A stretch of DNA of 64,000 nucleotides from Acidithiobacillus sp. (lineage in GTDB: Bacteria > Pseudomonadota > Gammaproteobacteria > Acidithiobacillales > Acidithiobacillaceae): the NCBI GenBank assembly GCA_041676785.1, contig JBAYRF010000004.1, forward strand, positions 69,584-133,583, written 5' to 3'. The position numbers were made by a program, and so were the translations under genes. Each line of letters starts with the position of its first letter. The stretch's first letter is position 1. This document shows positions 10,222 to 22,300 of the stretch, one piece after another. Below the pieces are notes generated by a model. That model did no database searches and was not told the DNA's origin. It was given only the letters and a program-made list of their open reading frames with translations.

Positions 10222-10254
10222 GGATGCAGCGAAAAATTTCTATTCGCTGCATCC
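10222..10254. terminator. 12-bp stem-loop between convergent rnr and ppk2
   Basis: GGATGCAGCGAA / TTCGCTGCATCC perfect inverted repeat. Confidence 0.6.
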
Positions 10255-10273
10255 GCAATGAGGATGGTAGCTT

Positions 10274-11053
10274 TTACGAAGAAATCATACCGTTTTCAAG
10301 ATAAAGTGGGTCGTAGTTGAACAGCAGTGATTGATCGGGGAGCGTCAGTTCAAGGTCTCTGTCCGCATAATGAAGGCGGCTCAACATGCCTTTGATGAGT
10401 TGCAGCCGTGCCTTTTTTTTGTCGTTGGCGTTGACGATCGTCCATGGCGCAAAGCTGGTATGGGTGCGCCCAAACATGACATTCCGGGCAACACTATAAT
10501 CTTTCCAGTGCTTGACCGCTTTCTCATCAATGGGGCTGGTTTTCCATTGTTTGAGAGGGTCATCCTTCCGAGCTTCTAGGCGACGTTTTTGTTCGCCCTT
10601 GGAAATGTCCAGATAGAATTTGAAAAAATGGATGCCTGAACGAATAAGCATACCTTCAAAATCATTAACTTCAGAAAAAAACTCTTCGTATTGATCATCA
10701 CTACAAAAGCCCATAACCTTTTCTACACCCGCACGGTTGTACCAGCTGCGGTTAAAAAATACGATTTCAGCAGCGGATGGTAAATGTGCTACATAGCGTT
10801 GAAAATACCACTGACTTTCCTCTCGGTCGGAAGGTTTCCCGAGGGCTATGATCCGAGTTTCTCGAGGGCTGAGATGCTCAGTGATGCGTTTGATGCTGCC
10901 ATCTTTTCCAGCGGAGTCGCGTCCCTCCAGAATAACCAGAATCTTTTCATTTTTTTGAATAATATGGCGTTGAAGTTTAACGAGTTCTATTTGCAGTTTA
11001 TGAAGCTCGGTTTTGTACGCCCCTTTCTCGTCAACTTTATCGATATTTGCCAT
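10274..11053 (-). CDS. ppk2: Polyphosphate kinase 2
   Basis: EGRDSAGKDG Walker A, FNRSWYNRAGVE, KQWKTSPID. Confidence 0.95.
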   Translation of the reverse strand: MANIDKVDEKGAYKTELHKLQIELVKLQRHIIQKNEKILVILEGRDSAGKDGSIKRITEHLSPRETRIIALGKPSDREESQWYFQRYVAHLPSAAEIVFFNRSWYNRAGVEKVMGFCSDDQYEEFFSEVNDFEGMLIRSGIHFFKFYLDISKGEQKRRLEARKDDPLKQWKTSPIDEKAVKHWKDYSVARNVMFGRTHTSFAPWTIVNANDKKKARLQLIKGMLSRLHYADRDLELTLPDQSLLFNYDPLYLENGMISS

Positions 11054-11147
11054 GAAGTAATCTCCTTTTTCCATTGTTTTTCCTGCTTAAGTAGGGCTTC
11101 AATAAGACCCGATGATTTGAGGTGCTTTGCCTGTCGAAGAAGATCGG

Positions 11148-11732
11148 TCATTTCAGGCGCGTGGTCAGTATACTGGCCAGCGTCGCGACTAAGTGACTCA
11201 TCGTGGCAGCCTGAGCGCTTGGACTAGCGTCGAACACGCGCTGATGTAACTGAGTACGACCCTGATGCAGTATTTTGCCAGTGGGCATTTGGCGAATAAA
11301 CCAGTCTGCATAGAGAGTGACCTCACCGTTGTTGCTCGGTAAAAAGCGCTGAACATTCACGATAACGAGTAGATAGGGATCACGGGGTAATGGATCGCCG
11401 GGCATCAAGACCGTTTTTTCCGGCAGATCAGTGGCCAGATCTTGTGCTAACACTTTTTGAGTCATACCGCCCAGCGGAGACACCCAACGTACATGATCCG
11501 CCACCTGCATACGATGTGTACCTTGCAGGGTGGTTAGGTAAAGTCGATCAATATCAGCGGGCATCTGTATATGCGCAACGACAATGGGGGGCTGGTGTTG
11601 CGATAATACGGATTGGAGGGGACGTACAGACGATGAATGCGGTGCCAGAGTGATGTACTGCGTGGGTGTAGACGCGCAGCCGCTGAGCAGAGCCAGCAAT
11701 CCTGATAAAATAACATATTGACGTGGTTTCAT
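11148..11732 (-). CDS. pqiC: PqiC-family outer-membrane lipoprotein
   Basis: Lipobox LLSGC, RWVSPLG motif, downstream of pqiB. Confidence 0.85.
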   Translation of the reverse strand: MKPRQYVILSGLLALLSGCASTPTQYITLAPHSSSVRPLQSVLSQHQPPIVVAHIQMPADIDRLYLTTLQGTHRMQVADHVRWVSPLGGMTQKVLAQDLATDLPEKTVLMPGDPLPRDPYLLVIVNVQRFLPSNNGEVTLYADWFIRQMPTGKILHQGRTQLHQRVFDASPSAQAATMSHLVATLASILTTRLK

Positions 11733-13390
11733 GGTCTTTTCCCGAAGACAAGCGCATTAGGGTGGCTGTTGAGGTAATCCGTGAGTTCCCTTAATGATTG
11801 CGCCGTGCGCGATAATTCATAAAGCGCGCGGGGAAGCGTCGTGGATTCTGGTGCATTAGCCGCCGATCCCTGCGCCTGTAAAAGGCCATTGCCAGCTTGC
11901 AAGGCAGCATTCGCTTCGCGGCTCGCCCCTTTTAATGATTTCAGGATGGTGGGTAGTTGTGCATTCGCCGTAGCGGTCAGCTCCGCCAGATGCGCCATAG
12001 TTTGATGAAGATGCTGCAGAGTTTTATGGGTATTAGCTGAACCGCTGAGTGCGGATAGATTTTGGGTTAAATGATGAACATTCTCGGCAATTTGCTCTAA
12101 AGGCAAGGCGTGAATCTGCTGGAGAATAGCGTCGAGCTGATGAATAGTGTCCTCTATTCCTGCCGCGCTCACCATGGGAATGCGGGGTGGATTACCGGGA
12201 ATTAATCGTGCGGTTTTGGCGTCAGAAACCGGCGCAAGGCTAATGATTTTTGGGCCAACCAGAGGTACGGCACTGCTCAACTGCGCCCGTACTCCATGGG
12301 CGATTAGTTGCCGAAGAATATGATCCATTTGTGGGCCGGGATGCGCTTTATTCCAGACTTGTCCGCCACCTAATGAAATAGCTTCAGGATTTAATTGAAT
12401 CAGAATATGGGTCAACAGATTTTCTATATGCGGATCGAATACGGTATGAACGACGGAAACGCTGCCCACTTGCGAACCCTCCAGCAGGACTGCAGCACCG
12501 CGTTGTAAACCTTGCGATCCGCCAGGCATCAGCATTTGATAGGCCACGGCATTTTCCGCAGGTGCGTTACGCGCACTGAGAGCATTGGCGTATAGTGGGA
12601 ATGCCTGATCATTTTTTACGGAGGCGCCGTTTCTGGGTGTGGAAAAACTGATCGCGCCACTTAACAGAGCTGGGATGTTGGGCATATGCACACCGGGATG
12701 CTGACCAAACAAACTGAAAGCAATGTTTCCCGAACTCCAGAACCGGCTATGCGCATTGACTAAATGGAGGTATTTTTCAGGAATGAATGCGTAAATATCA
12801 AAACCACTACCGTCTGGACGCATGGATTCCCCGCGCACTTCACCGACTTCTTCGCCTTTGAAGAGTACTGGAGCACCCCTGGAAATATTCCCTTTCTCTG
12901 GGGTATGAAGTATGACAGTTACGCCTTTGGGCTCACTTTTTAAAACGGGTTCTTGGTTAAGGCCTTTAATGTGACTTATCGTCGGTCCAGAATGTGGATC
13001 AATTCCGATATAAGGCCCTGCAATGAGGGATTTGAGCGAGCTGAGATTTGCAAAACTCACTTTTTCGCCAGCGATCCAAAGCCGTGTACCTTTGCCTAAA
13101 TGGCCAGCCATGTAGTTATCAAACTCGATGGTTACGGATATTTCTCCGAGGGATTTGGAAAGTTTGACCGCAGTGACGTGGCCCACGGTTACGCCTCGAT
13201 ATTTCACTACGGTGTGATTGGGTTTGATTCCACCAATAGTATGAAATTGCACGGTGATATATGGGCCGCGATCCATGTAGGTACGTAAAGCGAGCCAGCC
13301 GACAATGGCCAGAGCGGCGATAGGCACGGCCCAAATCAATCCAGGCCAGCGTGACCGATGAATTTTAGCGGAGGGAAGAGGATTATTCAT
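11729..13390 (-). CDS. pqiB: PqiB MCE-domain protein
   Basis: IWAVPIAAL anchor, repeated MCE motifs (VKYRGVTVGHV, VLFKGEEVGEV, VLLEGSQVGSV), helical C-terminus. Confidence 0.9.
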   Translation of the reverse strand: MNNPLPSAKIHRSRWPGLIWAVPIAALAIVGWLALRTYMDRGPYITVQFHTIGGIKPNHTVVKYRGVTVGHVTAVKLSKSLGEISVTIEFDNYMAGHLGKGTRLWIAGEKVSFANLSSLKSLIAGPYIGIDPHSGPTISHIKGLNQEPVLKSEPKGVTVILHTPEKGNISRGAPVLFKGEEVGEVRGESMRPDGSGFDIYAFIPEKYLHLVNAHSRFWSSGNIAFSLFGQHPGVHMPNIPALLSGAISFSTPRNGASVKNDQAFPLYANALSARNAPAENAVAYQMLMPGGSQGLQRGAAVLLEGSQVGSVSVVHTVFDPHIENLLTHILIQLNPEAISLGGGQVWNKAHPGPQMDHILRQLIAHGVRAQLSSAVPLVGPKIISLAPVSDAKTARLIPGNPPRIPMVSAAGIEDTIHQLDAILQQIHALPLEQIAENVHHLTQNLSALSGSANTHKTLQHLHQTMAHLAELTATANAQLPTILKSLKGASREANAALQAGNGLLQAQGSAANAPESTTLPRALYELSRTAQSLRELTDYLNSHPNALVFGKRP

Positions 13391-14651
13391 CGTTTTCCTG
13401 AAGATATGCCGCCCAAAGTACGCGAGGATCAAAGAGTTCAGTGGCAATCATGGTTAAAATTACGACCGCAAGAAACGCCGGTAGTGCATAACCTACATAA
13501 ACTGCTAGCAGCCCGGATAAATGCATGAGTGGCAAGAATACCGTGACCGTGAATACATCTACATGAGACCAACGACCAATGTTTTTTATCAATCGATAGA
13601 CTTGCGTTTTTAATCGTAAGCGCTTCTGTGAATGAATATTTATAGAAATAAAAAACCAGCTGAGCGAGAACAGTTTCAAAAAAGGAATCAAGATGCTGGC
13701 GACAAAAATAATGACTGCAAATATCAGAAAATGTGCATCTACCAGCTTCATAACCCCAGTCATGATCGTATAGGGATGCAAGCTACCGATTTGATAATTG
13801 GTTTCCATCGGATATAGATAAGCAAAGGGATAACAGAAAAACCCCGCCAATGTAAAGGCTAGGGTGCGCATAGTCGCCCCAGTTTTGTAACGCTGCACCG
13901 GCGTCCCACAGCGCTGACATTTTTTCCCTTCATGATGCGCGGGGCTCGGTAATCCGCAGAAAGAGCAGCCGATATGGGGGATTTCAGGAGCGATGAACGT
14001 ATAAGCTGGTCCAATCCGACGCCATATTTCTCGCCTTTCGAGGGTCGCTCGGGTGACCATAGTCAGAAAAGCGAGGCCGATGACACACCATCCTCCCACC
14101 CCAATGGAGATGGGCAGGAAGGGCGCTACACGCTCGTAACCGATCCCAAAGCCGATCAGAAAAACATCGAGCATAGCCCATTGGTCGATCTGTTCTGACC
14201 AACGAAACATTTTTCCTAGCCAATGGGGATGATGCTCGGTTTCTAAGGTGAGCAGGACAATGGCCAGTATGGTAAAACGTAAAAAGGGAAGTATGAGCAG
14301 TTCTAAGGCAAGGATAATGGCGACTATTGGCCAACCTTGAGCCGCGACACTCCAGATGCCAGAAGCCAGTACACTGGTGTGGTGTACGCCAAAAATGTTG
14401 ACTTTCAACAGGGGTAAAAAGTTGGCGGGGAGCAACAGAAAGAGAGCAGACAAAGTCATTGCCAGTGCCGCATTGATACTGCGCCCTGCCGTGCGTTCCA
14501 GAACACGCCCGCAGCGCGCGCACTCCAGTTTGCCCTTGCTCTGCAAGGACGGTAAGTTTTGTATCAATCCGCAGTCTGGACAGGCTACTACGCCCTTGGG
14601 CGGGTCCATGATCGCGTCGGGGACCCCGATAAGAGCGGTGTCTATCGACAT
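13383..14651 (-). CDS. pqiA: PqiA inner-membrane protein
   Basis: CPDC / CARC zinc motifs, WAMLDVF and WSHVDVF repeats. Confidence 0.93.
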   Translation of the reverse strand: MSIDTALIGVPDAIMDPPKGVVACPDCGLIQNLPSLQSKGKLECARCGRVLERTAGRSINAALAMTLSALFLLLPANFLPLLKVNIFGVHHTSVLASGIWSVAAQGWPIVAIILALELLILPFLRFTILAIVLLTLETEHHPHWLGKMFRWSEQIDQWAMLDVFLIGFGIGYERVAPFLPISIGVGGWCVIGLAFLTMVTRATLERREIWRRIGPAYTFIAPEIPHIGCSFCGLPSPAHHEGKKCQRCGTPVQRYKTGATMRTLAFTLAGFFCYPFAYLYPMETNYQIGSLHPYTIMTGVMKLVDAHFLIFAVIIFVASILIPFLKLFSLSWFFISINIHSQKRLRLKTQVYRLIKNIGRWSHVDVFTVTVFLPLMHLSGLLAVYVGYALPAFLAVVILTMIATELFDPRVLWAAYLQENDE

Positions 14652-14714
14652 ACTTTAAAATCTCGTCCTTACGAACACGCTAAACTTTCAATATTATAGC
14701 AGAGAGTATGAAAA

Positions 14715-15458
14715 TTAATGGGGAAGATCTTGCAGACGGAAACCCAGCTGTTGAAGTCGCTTCCTCAATTCAATCATGGCGGTGCGAACCAGTACTGCTT
14801 CACCGGCTACCCCAAGCTCAATCTGGGTTCCGCTACCTTTGAAACTCGGTAAACTGGAAAAACGTATTTCTGGAAAATCCATGCAAAACTGTTCCATGAA
14901 TAAGACCAGGTCACCCTCCCGAGCATCCGTAAGCAGCAAGCGCATTTCAAGATCAGCGGTCTGTATCGGAAAATAGTGTTCTAACACCCAGTTCCGCATC
15001 GGTTCGGCCATTTGCGGAAACCCAGGGAAAAAGTATCCGTTCCCAAGAGAGAAACCTGCCACATTATTGATTGGGTTGGGAATTAAATCGGCGCCAGCAG
15101 GTAAGTCGGCCATACGTATGCGGATGGGTTCGGCGCTTTCTCCAAATTGTTGTTGTATCAAATGTGCCGCTTCGGGATGCCGGATGAGCTTACGACCCGC
15201 CGCTGCGGCGGCGCACTCGCGGGTTAAATCGTCAGGCGTGGCGCCGAGTCCACCATATGAAAAAAACGGGATGGATTGATTCATTGCCCAGGCGATCTGG
15301 CTCAGAAGAACCGTGCGTGTGTCTGGTACGATCAACGACCAGCCGACTTGGTAACCTCTCGCCATCAGTGCGGAGCGGCTCTGCTGGAAGTGTTTATCCT
15401 CCCTTTTACCGGAAAGAATCTCACTGCCAATGATGAGCAGACCGACTTGGTGAGTCAT
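14715..15458 (-). CDS. CinA-like molybdopterin-binding domain protein
   Basis: IIGSEILSGKREDKH, GGLGATPDDLT, FFPGFP. Confidence 0.85.
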   Translation of the reverse strand: MTHQVGLLIIGSEILSGKREDKHFQQSRSALMARGYQVGWSLIVPDTRTVLLSQIAWAMNQSIPFFSYGGLGATPDDLTRECAAAAAGRKLIRHPEAAHLIQQQFGESAEPIRIRMADLPAGADLIPNPINNVAGFSLGNGYFFPGFPQMAEPMRNWVLEHYFPIQTADLEMRLLLTDAREGDLVLFMEQFCMDFPEIRFSSLPSFKGSGTQIELGVAGEAVLVRTAMIELRKRLQQLGFRLQDLPH

Positions 15459-16120
15459 TGGCTTGGGTCCAGAGGGGGCGCTATGAGGATCTGTGCTATT
15501 TGCGGTGCAGGCGCTGACCAAAAAATTCGTCCGGCCTCAAGTCGACATCGTCCGCTGAGGACCCAGCTCAGGGCTTGGGGATATATCTGATGCTCAGCCG
15601 CTAGTACCCGGTCAGCGAGGCTGGAGTCATCATCATCGGGCAATACGGCGACGGCGGCTTGAATGATGATGGGTCCTGAATCAAGTTCCGGAGTCACGAA
15701 ATGCACGGTGGCGCCATGCCAGCAGACGCCTTGGGCGCGCGCTCGAGCGTGGGTATGCAAACCCGGAAAAGCCGGGAGTAGAGAAGGATGAATATTGACC
15801 AGTCGTCCTAGATAGTGCGTGACGAAGCTTTCCGTGAGTTGCCGCATAAATCCCGCCAACACCACAAGATCGGGTGCATATGCATCGACTTTCTGGCGCA
15901 GGGCTTGGTCAAATGCTGCCCGTGATGGATAAGCACGATGATCGACGACTAGGCTAGAGAGCCCTGCGCTCTCGGCGAGTTGAAGTGCCGCTGCATGAGG
16001 TTGATTGCTGATAACCGCCACAATCTGGGTGTCGTGGATACTACCGTCTTGGCAGGCGGTAAGAATGCTCTGCAAGTTGCTGCCCCGTCCAGACACCAAG
16101 ACGACCAAGCGTTTAGTCAA
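15455..16120 (-). CDS. purN: Phosphoribosylglycinamide formyltransferase
   Basis: [35 protein letters not shown]. Confidence 0.97.
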   Translation of the reverse strand: MTKRLVVLVSGRGSNLQSILTACQDGSIHDTQIVAVISNQPHAAALQLAESAGLSSLVVDHRAYPSRAAFDQALRQKVDAYAPDLVVLAGFMRQLTESFVTHYLGRLVNIHPSLLPAFPGLHTHARARAQGVCWHGATVHFVTPELDSGPIIIQAAVAVLPDDDDSSLADRVLAAEHQIYPQALSWVLSGRCRLEAGRIFWSAPAPQIAQILIAPPLDPSQ

Positions 16121-17150
16121 GAAAAACGACTCCTTCGCCGCCCTGTCGATTCACCAGTTGGCCGATGACATAGGCTTGCTCATCGCTGTCTGAGAGGCTT
16201 TGTAGAGCCGCTTGGCGCGATTCCCAGGGAACCATAGCAACCATGCCGATACCAATATTGAATACCCGCCGCATTTCTTCGGTGCTGACTTGTCCTTGTT
16301 CCTGAAGCCAATGAAAAATGGCGGGCATCGGCCAACTTTGCGGATCAATCTGGGCGGCAAGTGTTAGGGGGAGGGAACGGGGCAAGTTTTCCGTCAATCC
16401 ACCACCCGTGATGTGTGCCAAGGCGTGGACGGTAACTGACTTGCGCAGATTTTGGATCGCATTGACGTAAATACGGGTAGGGCGCAACAGGAGGTCAATC
16501 AGTGCCTCGCCGTTCAATTGCAGGTGAGCGTGCGCACCGCTACGGACTAAGATTTCCCGGATCAGGGAATAGCCATTACTGTGCGCTCCCGATGCGGCAA
16601 TACCAATAATGGCGTCTCCCTCCTGGCAATGTGCGCTCTGGAGGATTTCACTTTTTTCGACAATCCCTACGGCAAAACCCGCCAGATCATAATGTCCGGT
16701 TGGATACATGCCGGGCATTTCTGCAGTCTCGCCACCCAGCAAAGCACAACCTGCTTGGCGACACCCTTCGGCAATGCCGGAAATCACCGCTTCTGCAACC
16801 TGATTGTTGAGTTGACCGCAAGCGTAGTAATCCAGAAACCAGAGTGGTTCCGCGCCGGAAACCAGAATGTCGTTGACACACATGGCGACCAGATCAATGC
16901 CAATACCGTCATGTTGGTTTGCCTCTAGGGCGAGGAGCAGTTTGGTGCCGACACCGTCGGTCCCAGAGACCAAGACCGGTTCCCGATAGCCTGCTGGTAG
17001 TTCGAAAAGACCACCGAAGCCACCAATGCCGCCGAGAACGCCGGGACGATGGGTGCTGCCTGCAAGGGGCTTAATACGATCAATTAAGGCATTACCGGCA
17101 TCAATATTGACGCCAGCACTGCGATAAGTTAACGGTTTCGGGATTTCCAC
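16113..17150 (-). CDS. purM: AIR synthase
   Basis: [40 protein letters not shown]. Confidence 0.98.
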   Translation of the reverse strand: MEIPKPLTYRSAGVNIDAGNALIDRIKPLAGSTHRPGVLGGIGGFGGLFELPAGYREPVLVSGTDGVGTKLLLALEANQHDGIGIDLVAMCVNDILVSGAEPLWFLDYYACGQLNNQVAEAVISGIAEGCRQAGCALLGGETAEMPGMYPTGHYDLAGFAVGIVEKSEILQSAHCQEGDAIIGIAASGAHSNGYSLIREILVRSGAHAHLQLNGEALIDLLLRPTRIYVNAIQNLRKSVTVHALAHITGGGLTENLPRSLPLTLAAQIDPQSWPMPAIFHWLQEQGQVSTEEMRRVFNIGIGMVAMVPWESRQAALQSLSDSDEQAYVIGQLVNRQGGEGVVFLD

Positions 17151-17179
17151 GGCGTATATTCCTCGGTTGGTTTTGAGCC

Positions 17180-17208
17180 ATGGTAGGGGGGGCTCAGGCC
17201 TCTGTCAA
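17180..17208 (-). promoter_or_regulatory. Sigma70 promoter of purM
   Basis: Minus strand TTGACA-N17-TACCAT. Confidence 0.75.
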
Positions 17209-17244
17209 AGGGGTGAATAGCCTTTTTCGGGTGTATAGAGTTTT

Positions 17245-19311
17245 CTACTTCTGCGCAGTGGTAGTGCTACCCCACTCCACATTAGCGGCGCTGACCTCCG
17301 GGACTGCCCGCAACGCCCGCGTCACCAGTTTGCCGTTGGCATCCAGAATGCTGAGATGGTAGAAACCGGCCACAGAGGGCGTCCAGCGCACGCTTCTCAA
17401 GGCCGGGTTGGACGGAATGGGGCAGCCATCCACCAGAAAATGAAAAGGTCGGCTGCCGCCCAGCACACGAATACTGACCGGCTCACCGGCGGTCAGTTGT
17501 GCGCCCGGTGCGGGTGCGGCGATCTCCAGTAGGGTGCCCATGGGCAGGTGCTGCAGGGTCAGTGGTCGGGTGGGCGGGTGCACTGACAGGGCGCGGCCCG
17601 GCAGAATGCTGAAGACCTTGGCGAGAATCGGAATGGCGGCGAGGGCGGTATCACCGGACAGGGCAGCGCCGTTAGGCTGGCCTATCCAGACGGCGGCGGC
17701 GTAGCGGTGGTTGAAGCCGATGGCCCAGTCGTCGCGGTTGCCGGCGCTGGTGCCGGTTTTCCAAGCGATGCCGGTGGGGCCACCGAAGGGAAAGGGACGG
17801 TTAAGAATGGCGGTGACTTCCTTTGCCGCATGGGGGGAAAGCAGGCGTCGTTGTCTGCGGCGCTGACCGGCGATCAGATGCAATCGCTCCACCTCCCCGC
17901 CATTGGCCAGTCCGGCATAGAGCGCCACCAGTCGCCGCATGGAAATACCGGCACCGCCCAAGGCTAAGGGTAAAGTTGGGTGTGCCCCGTAAGGCAACAT
18001 TACGGGCGTGCCCGCAGCCCTCAGGTGTGCCGCAAAGCGCAACGGCCCATAGGCTTTGATAAGATCAATGGCGGGCACATTCAGGGAGCGCCGCAGCGCG
18101 GTGGTTGCCGTTACGACCCCCATGTAGGTGTCATTGTAATCATTGGGTTCATAGGCCCCGAAGTTACTGGGGAAATCGGCCACATTGGTGGTCGGACGAA
18201 TCAGCCCCGCTTCAAAGCTGAGTCCGTAGAGGAAAGGCTTGAGAGCCGATCCCGGCGAACGAATGGCTCGGGTCATGTCGATGAAGCCGTGGCGCTGCGC
18301 ATTGCCCCAGTCGCCACTGTAAACGGCGCGGATGCCTTTGGTCTTGAGGCTGACCACCACGATGGCAATGCTCTCCGTCGGCTCCATGTGGCGAAGGGCC
18401 TGTCGGGCGATGACGGCGATGGCGCGATCCATGGGTGCATTCAGCGTGGTGCGGGTGCCGCTGGGCAGCGTCGAAACGGCCTGGGGCGAGAGCAGCGGCA
18501 TGGGGTAGAGACGCTGGGGCAAGGGGGTGGTCAAAGCGCGCTCCAGCGCTGCCTGAGAAATGATGCCTTGCCGCCGGGATTCCCGCAGGATCTGATTGCG
18601 GGTGGCGAGAGCGGCTCGCGGATGAATCAGCGGATTGAGCTGGTTGGGGTTGCGTACCATCATCACCAGAAAAGCGGCCTGTGCCGGTCCCAAGGTGTGT
18701 GGCGACTGGCGGAACCAGGCATGGGCGGCGGCCTCGATCCCCTCGATATTGCCACCCTCCGGGGCCAGCGATAGCCACATGCCCAGCACAGCGGATTTGG
18801 AATGGTGTTCGAAGAGAGAAATGGCCTGCATGGCTTCCAGCATCTTTACGGGCAGGGTGCGGGGCTGGGGATGGAGCATCCGTGTTACCTGCATGGTGAT
18901 GGTGGAGGCACCGGATACGACATGACCCGCCAGTACCATCTGTCCCACGGCGCGAAGAATGGCGAGAGGGTCGACGCCGGGATCCCAAGAGAAATGCCGA
19001 TCCTCAATGGTCACCAGCATCCGCCGCAGCACCGGACTGACGCGTTGCGGACTGGTGGTAAAGGCCCATTGCTGCTGTTTATTGAGAAATAGGGCCAGCA
19101 CATGGCCATGACGGTCGTAGATGATGCGGCCTTCCTGCGTTAATGTCTTGAGACTGGGTGGCATGAACCAGGCTGCAATAGCCAGTACGACGATGCCAGT
19201 TAGCAGCCAGCGCCCGGCACGTCGCCACCAGCGGTATCCGCCTCTAGGCCAGAACCAGGCCCCGCCTTGGGCCACGCTGTTCATCAGCCAGCCAGACCAG
19301 CGCCGGATCAT
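17245..19311 (-). CDS. pbpC: Penicillin-binding protein 1C
   Basis: Transglycosylase IEDRHF / GASTITMQ, transpeptidase SALK, SLN, KTGT; directly downstream of the macroglobulin gene. Confidence 0.93.
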   Translation of the reverse strand: MIRRWSGWLMNSVAQGGAWFWPRGGYRWWRRAGRWLLTGIVVLAIAAWFMPPSLKTLTQEGRIIYDRHGHVLALFLNKQQQWAFTTSPQRVSPVLRRMLVTIEDRHFSWDPGVDPLAILRAVGQMVLAGHVVSGASTITMQVTRMLHPQPRTLPVKMLEAMQAISLFEHHSKSAVLGMWLSLAPEGGNIEGIEAAAHAWFRQSPHTLGPAQAAFLVMMVRNPNQLNPLIHPRAALATRNQILRESRRQGIISQAALERALTTPLPQRLYPMPLLSPQAVSTLPSGTRTTLNAPMDRAIAVIARQALRHMEPTESIAIVVVSLKTKGIRAVYSGDWGNAQRHGFIDMTRAIRSPGSALKPFLYGLSFEAGLIRPTTNVADFPSNFGAYEPNDYNDTYMGVVTATTALRRSLNVPAIDLIKAYGPLRFAAHLRAAGTPVMLPYGAHPTLPLALGGAGISMRRLVALYAGLANGGEVERLHLIAGQRRRQRRLLSPHAAKEVTAILNRPFPFGGPTGIAWKTGTSAGNRDDWAIGFNHRYAAAVWIGQPNGAALSGDTALAAIPILAKVFSILPGRALSVHPPTRPLTLQHLPMGTLLEIAAPAPGAQLTAGEPVSIRVLGGSRPFHFLVDGCPIPSNPALRSVRWTPSVAGFYHLSILDANGKLVTRALRAVPEVSAANVEWGSTTTAQK

Positions 19312-19319
19312 GGGGGCGC

Positions 19320-22300
19320 TCAGGGGGCTGGTGGTGTCACGGCGACCTTCCGTCCGGCCGTGCGTGCGAATAGGGAGGGATGAAAGAGGTCGCTGACGGT
19401 AACCCCCGGCAGAGCGTACTGACCGGGGGTGACAGCGCGCAGCAGAATGGCCGTCTTGAAGTCCGGGACTCCGTTGCCGTTGAACGCGTCATTGTTTGTG
19501 GGGGCCATCTGAAAGGCCGCTTCGTAACGATCATCGGTAGCAGCGGTGGCTTCCGGTGTCGTCAGATGATGTAACCAGGACAGGCCATGCACGTTGCCTG
19601 GGGTGACGCTACCGGCCAGTTCCCAGCCCGGCGGCAAACCCATATCGAGCAGTGCGCGGTGCGGCAGATTGTCGGTGATCGCCCCTTTCAACACGACTAC
19701 GAAGACCGTGTTTTGTGGAAGGGATTCCGGCTTCAACGGCTTACCGGCCAGCGTATAAAAAGCCCGGCTGACCTCCATCCCGTGGGTGGCGGCGGGCGGC
19801 GGAGTCAGCGTAATGCCTGTGGTCGCTAGCGAAACGGGGAGGGTTTCCTTACTGAGATTGCGCAGTGCCATGGGTCCGGTCAGGGGCAGGACCACAGGCC
19901 CTATCCGCTGAATAACTTGGTTGCCCCATTGCACATGGACGGTCTGACCCGCGCCGCCCAGCACGCCATCGGCGTAGAGGGCCCAGGCGAGTTCCTGGGT
20001 AGTGAGGCCGTCGGGCTCCAACCCGGCACCGGGAAGGTCCTGCCGCAGCTTGGTCATGGCATCGGGCATCAAGCCGGTCTGTGCGATGATGGTGGGCACG
20101 GCCCAAGCATCGCGTAGCGGCGAGCCGAAGGCCGCATCCCAGTCGGAACGCCCCCACCACCGGTCGCCATTGACCGGCTCTTGGGTTTTAATCGCCTTCC
20201 GCAAGGCGGTTAGCGCTGGATGTGGTTCGCCGATGGTATTGAGGGCCGAACCCAGTTGTGCCAGCGCCAGGGGCATGCTGATCTGGTTCATGTGCCGTGC
20301 CAGCATACGGATAGCCCCCGCTGGAGGTTTGCCCGCCAGACTCAGGTCATAAACGGCGTAGATGCGGTCAAAGACGGCATGATCTTCGTTTTCGACTTCT
20401 TCGCTCAACCAGTGCAGGGCTTGATTGATGGTCGGTTGTGGTACACCGGCTCCGGCCTTCTGGGCGCGCAGGAGGAATTCGGTGGCAAAGGCCGTAAGCC
20501 AGGGTTGAGCCTCGCCATTATTGGACCAGAGGCCGAAGGCTCCATCGTAGCGCTGGTAATTCAACACCTGATTGACGTAATCCTGGAGTTTGGCAGCACG
20601 CTGTGGCGTAATCAGCGGTGGCTTCAACACGGTCAGTGGCAATCCTTTGCTGGCGGCATTCAGTAGGGAGTTACAGTGCCAGCCCTGATACATGGCCTGT
20701 ACATAGGCCTTGGGATTGAAGGGCATGGTATTGCCGAGTGTCACCGCGCTCACGGTGGAACCGGGGATAAAGTCCTGGGTATCCGGCTGTAGAGTGTGTT
20801 GGCCCGCTGCTCTTAGCCTCAGATTATGGTTTTTAGAAATGGATGGCTGGGTGGAATGCACCACCATATTCCAGTGGCGAACTAGGTGGTAGTCACGAGG
20901 ACCCGTTACGGTTAGGGTCAGGTGTGCCGTGCCTTCCCCGGTGCCCGTCAGGGTCACCGGTAACAGACGCATGACCTGCGGTTTTAGGGATGCCTCGTTG
21001 CGGCTGTTGTTCCCGACGCGGATTGGCCCGGTTGCGGTGACCTGACTGTGATATACGCCTGCGGGCAGTTTCAAATTCTGCAACATGACTGTGGCCTGGG
21101 CGCTGTCGCCAAGAGACAGGAAGCGCGGCAGCAGCAGATTGGCAATGAGGCGGTTGCGAACGATGATGCTGGTGTCCCCTGCACCGACCGCGTCGCCCTT
21201 CCAAGTCACCGCCATAAGGTGCAGTTCGCCGTTGAACTCTGGCACCGTAAGCGGCAGTTCGGCGATGCCCTCGCCATTGGCCTGCACGGGGCCAGCGAAG
21301 AGCGCTACCACCTTCTGCGGAATGGGTCGCGCCGCCGGACCGAAATTGGCTCCTGCGCCGTTTTGCAGCAGGGCTTCAAAACCCGTGGGGCGGGCCAGCA
21401 GGGCGCCGTAGTCGTCAAAGACGCTGATATCCAGCCGCCGCTTGCCAAAAAAATGGTGCAAGGGGTTAGGGTTGGGGAACTGGGTGAGATTGAGGATGCC
21501 TTTATCAACCGCCGCCAGCGTCACATAGGCACCGGGGCGGGTTTTCACCGAAATCCGGATGGTCTGCCGTGGGCGATACACTGGATGGACGGTAAAGTGG
21601 ACCGGAATGGCACGGTGGCCGGGCTGGAGGCCGAGCCAGGTCAGACCGATGGCCCGTTCCGGAGCTTCAGTAGCACTCGCGGGACGGAATACATCCACCA
21701 GCGCATAGGCACCCGCCCCCCAGCTCTGTTGGACCTGAACGTGGAGGGTGCTGCCGCCTTTGGGCAGGATGAAGTTCTTCACCTTCAAAATCTTATCGTT
21801 GGCGATGACCAGTACCGCCGGGCCGGAGAAGGGTGCAGAGACATGAATGTCGGCGGTACTGCCTGCGGCATATTCGGCGGCGCCGCTGCGTACGGAAACC
21901 CGTTGCGGTGCGTCCGGATTACTGCTGGTCTGCCAGCCGGAGTAAAAAATCACCGAACTGGCGGCTAGGCCGCCGTGGGCTTCGATCACTCGTAGGCGAT
22001 AACGACCATAGTCCAGTACGGGCAGTTGCAGGGTGTAGGGCCGACCTGCTGGCATGGTTACTTCCTTGGTCAGCACCGGATGATTGATATAGGTATAGCC
22101 CCAACTAGCTACCCCATGATGCAGGGAGATATTCCATTCTGAAGACTGCCGGACCACCTGAATCTGCACGGGCATGACTCTGGCTTTACCGTCCGGGGCC
22201 ACCGCTACGATGTGGAAAACCGGTATTTTCCCGGCGGCTACCGTTTCATCCTCAAACCCGCTTTTGATGCCGATGAGGGGATGATCTGGCGTGATGGGCA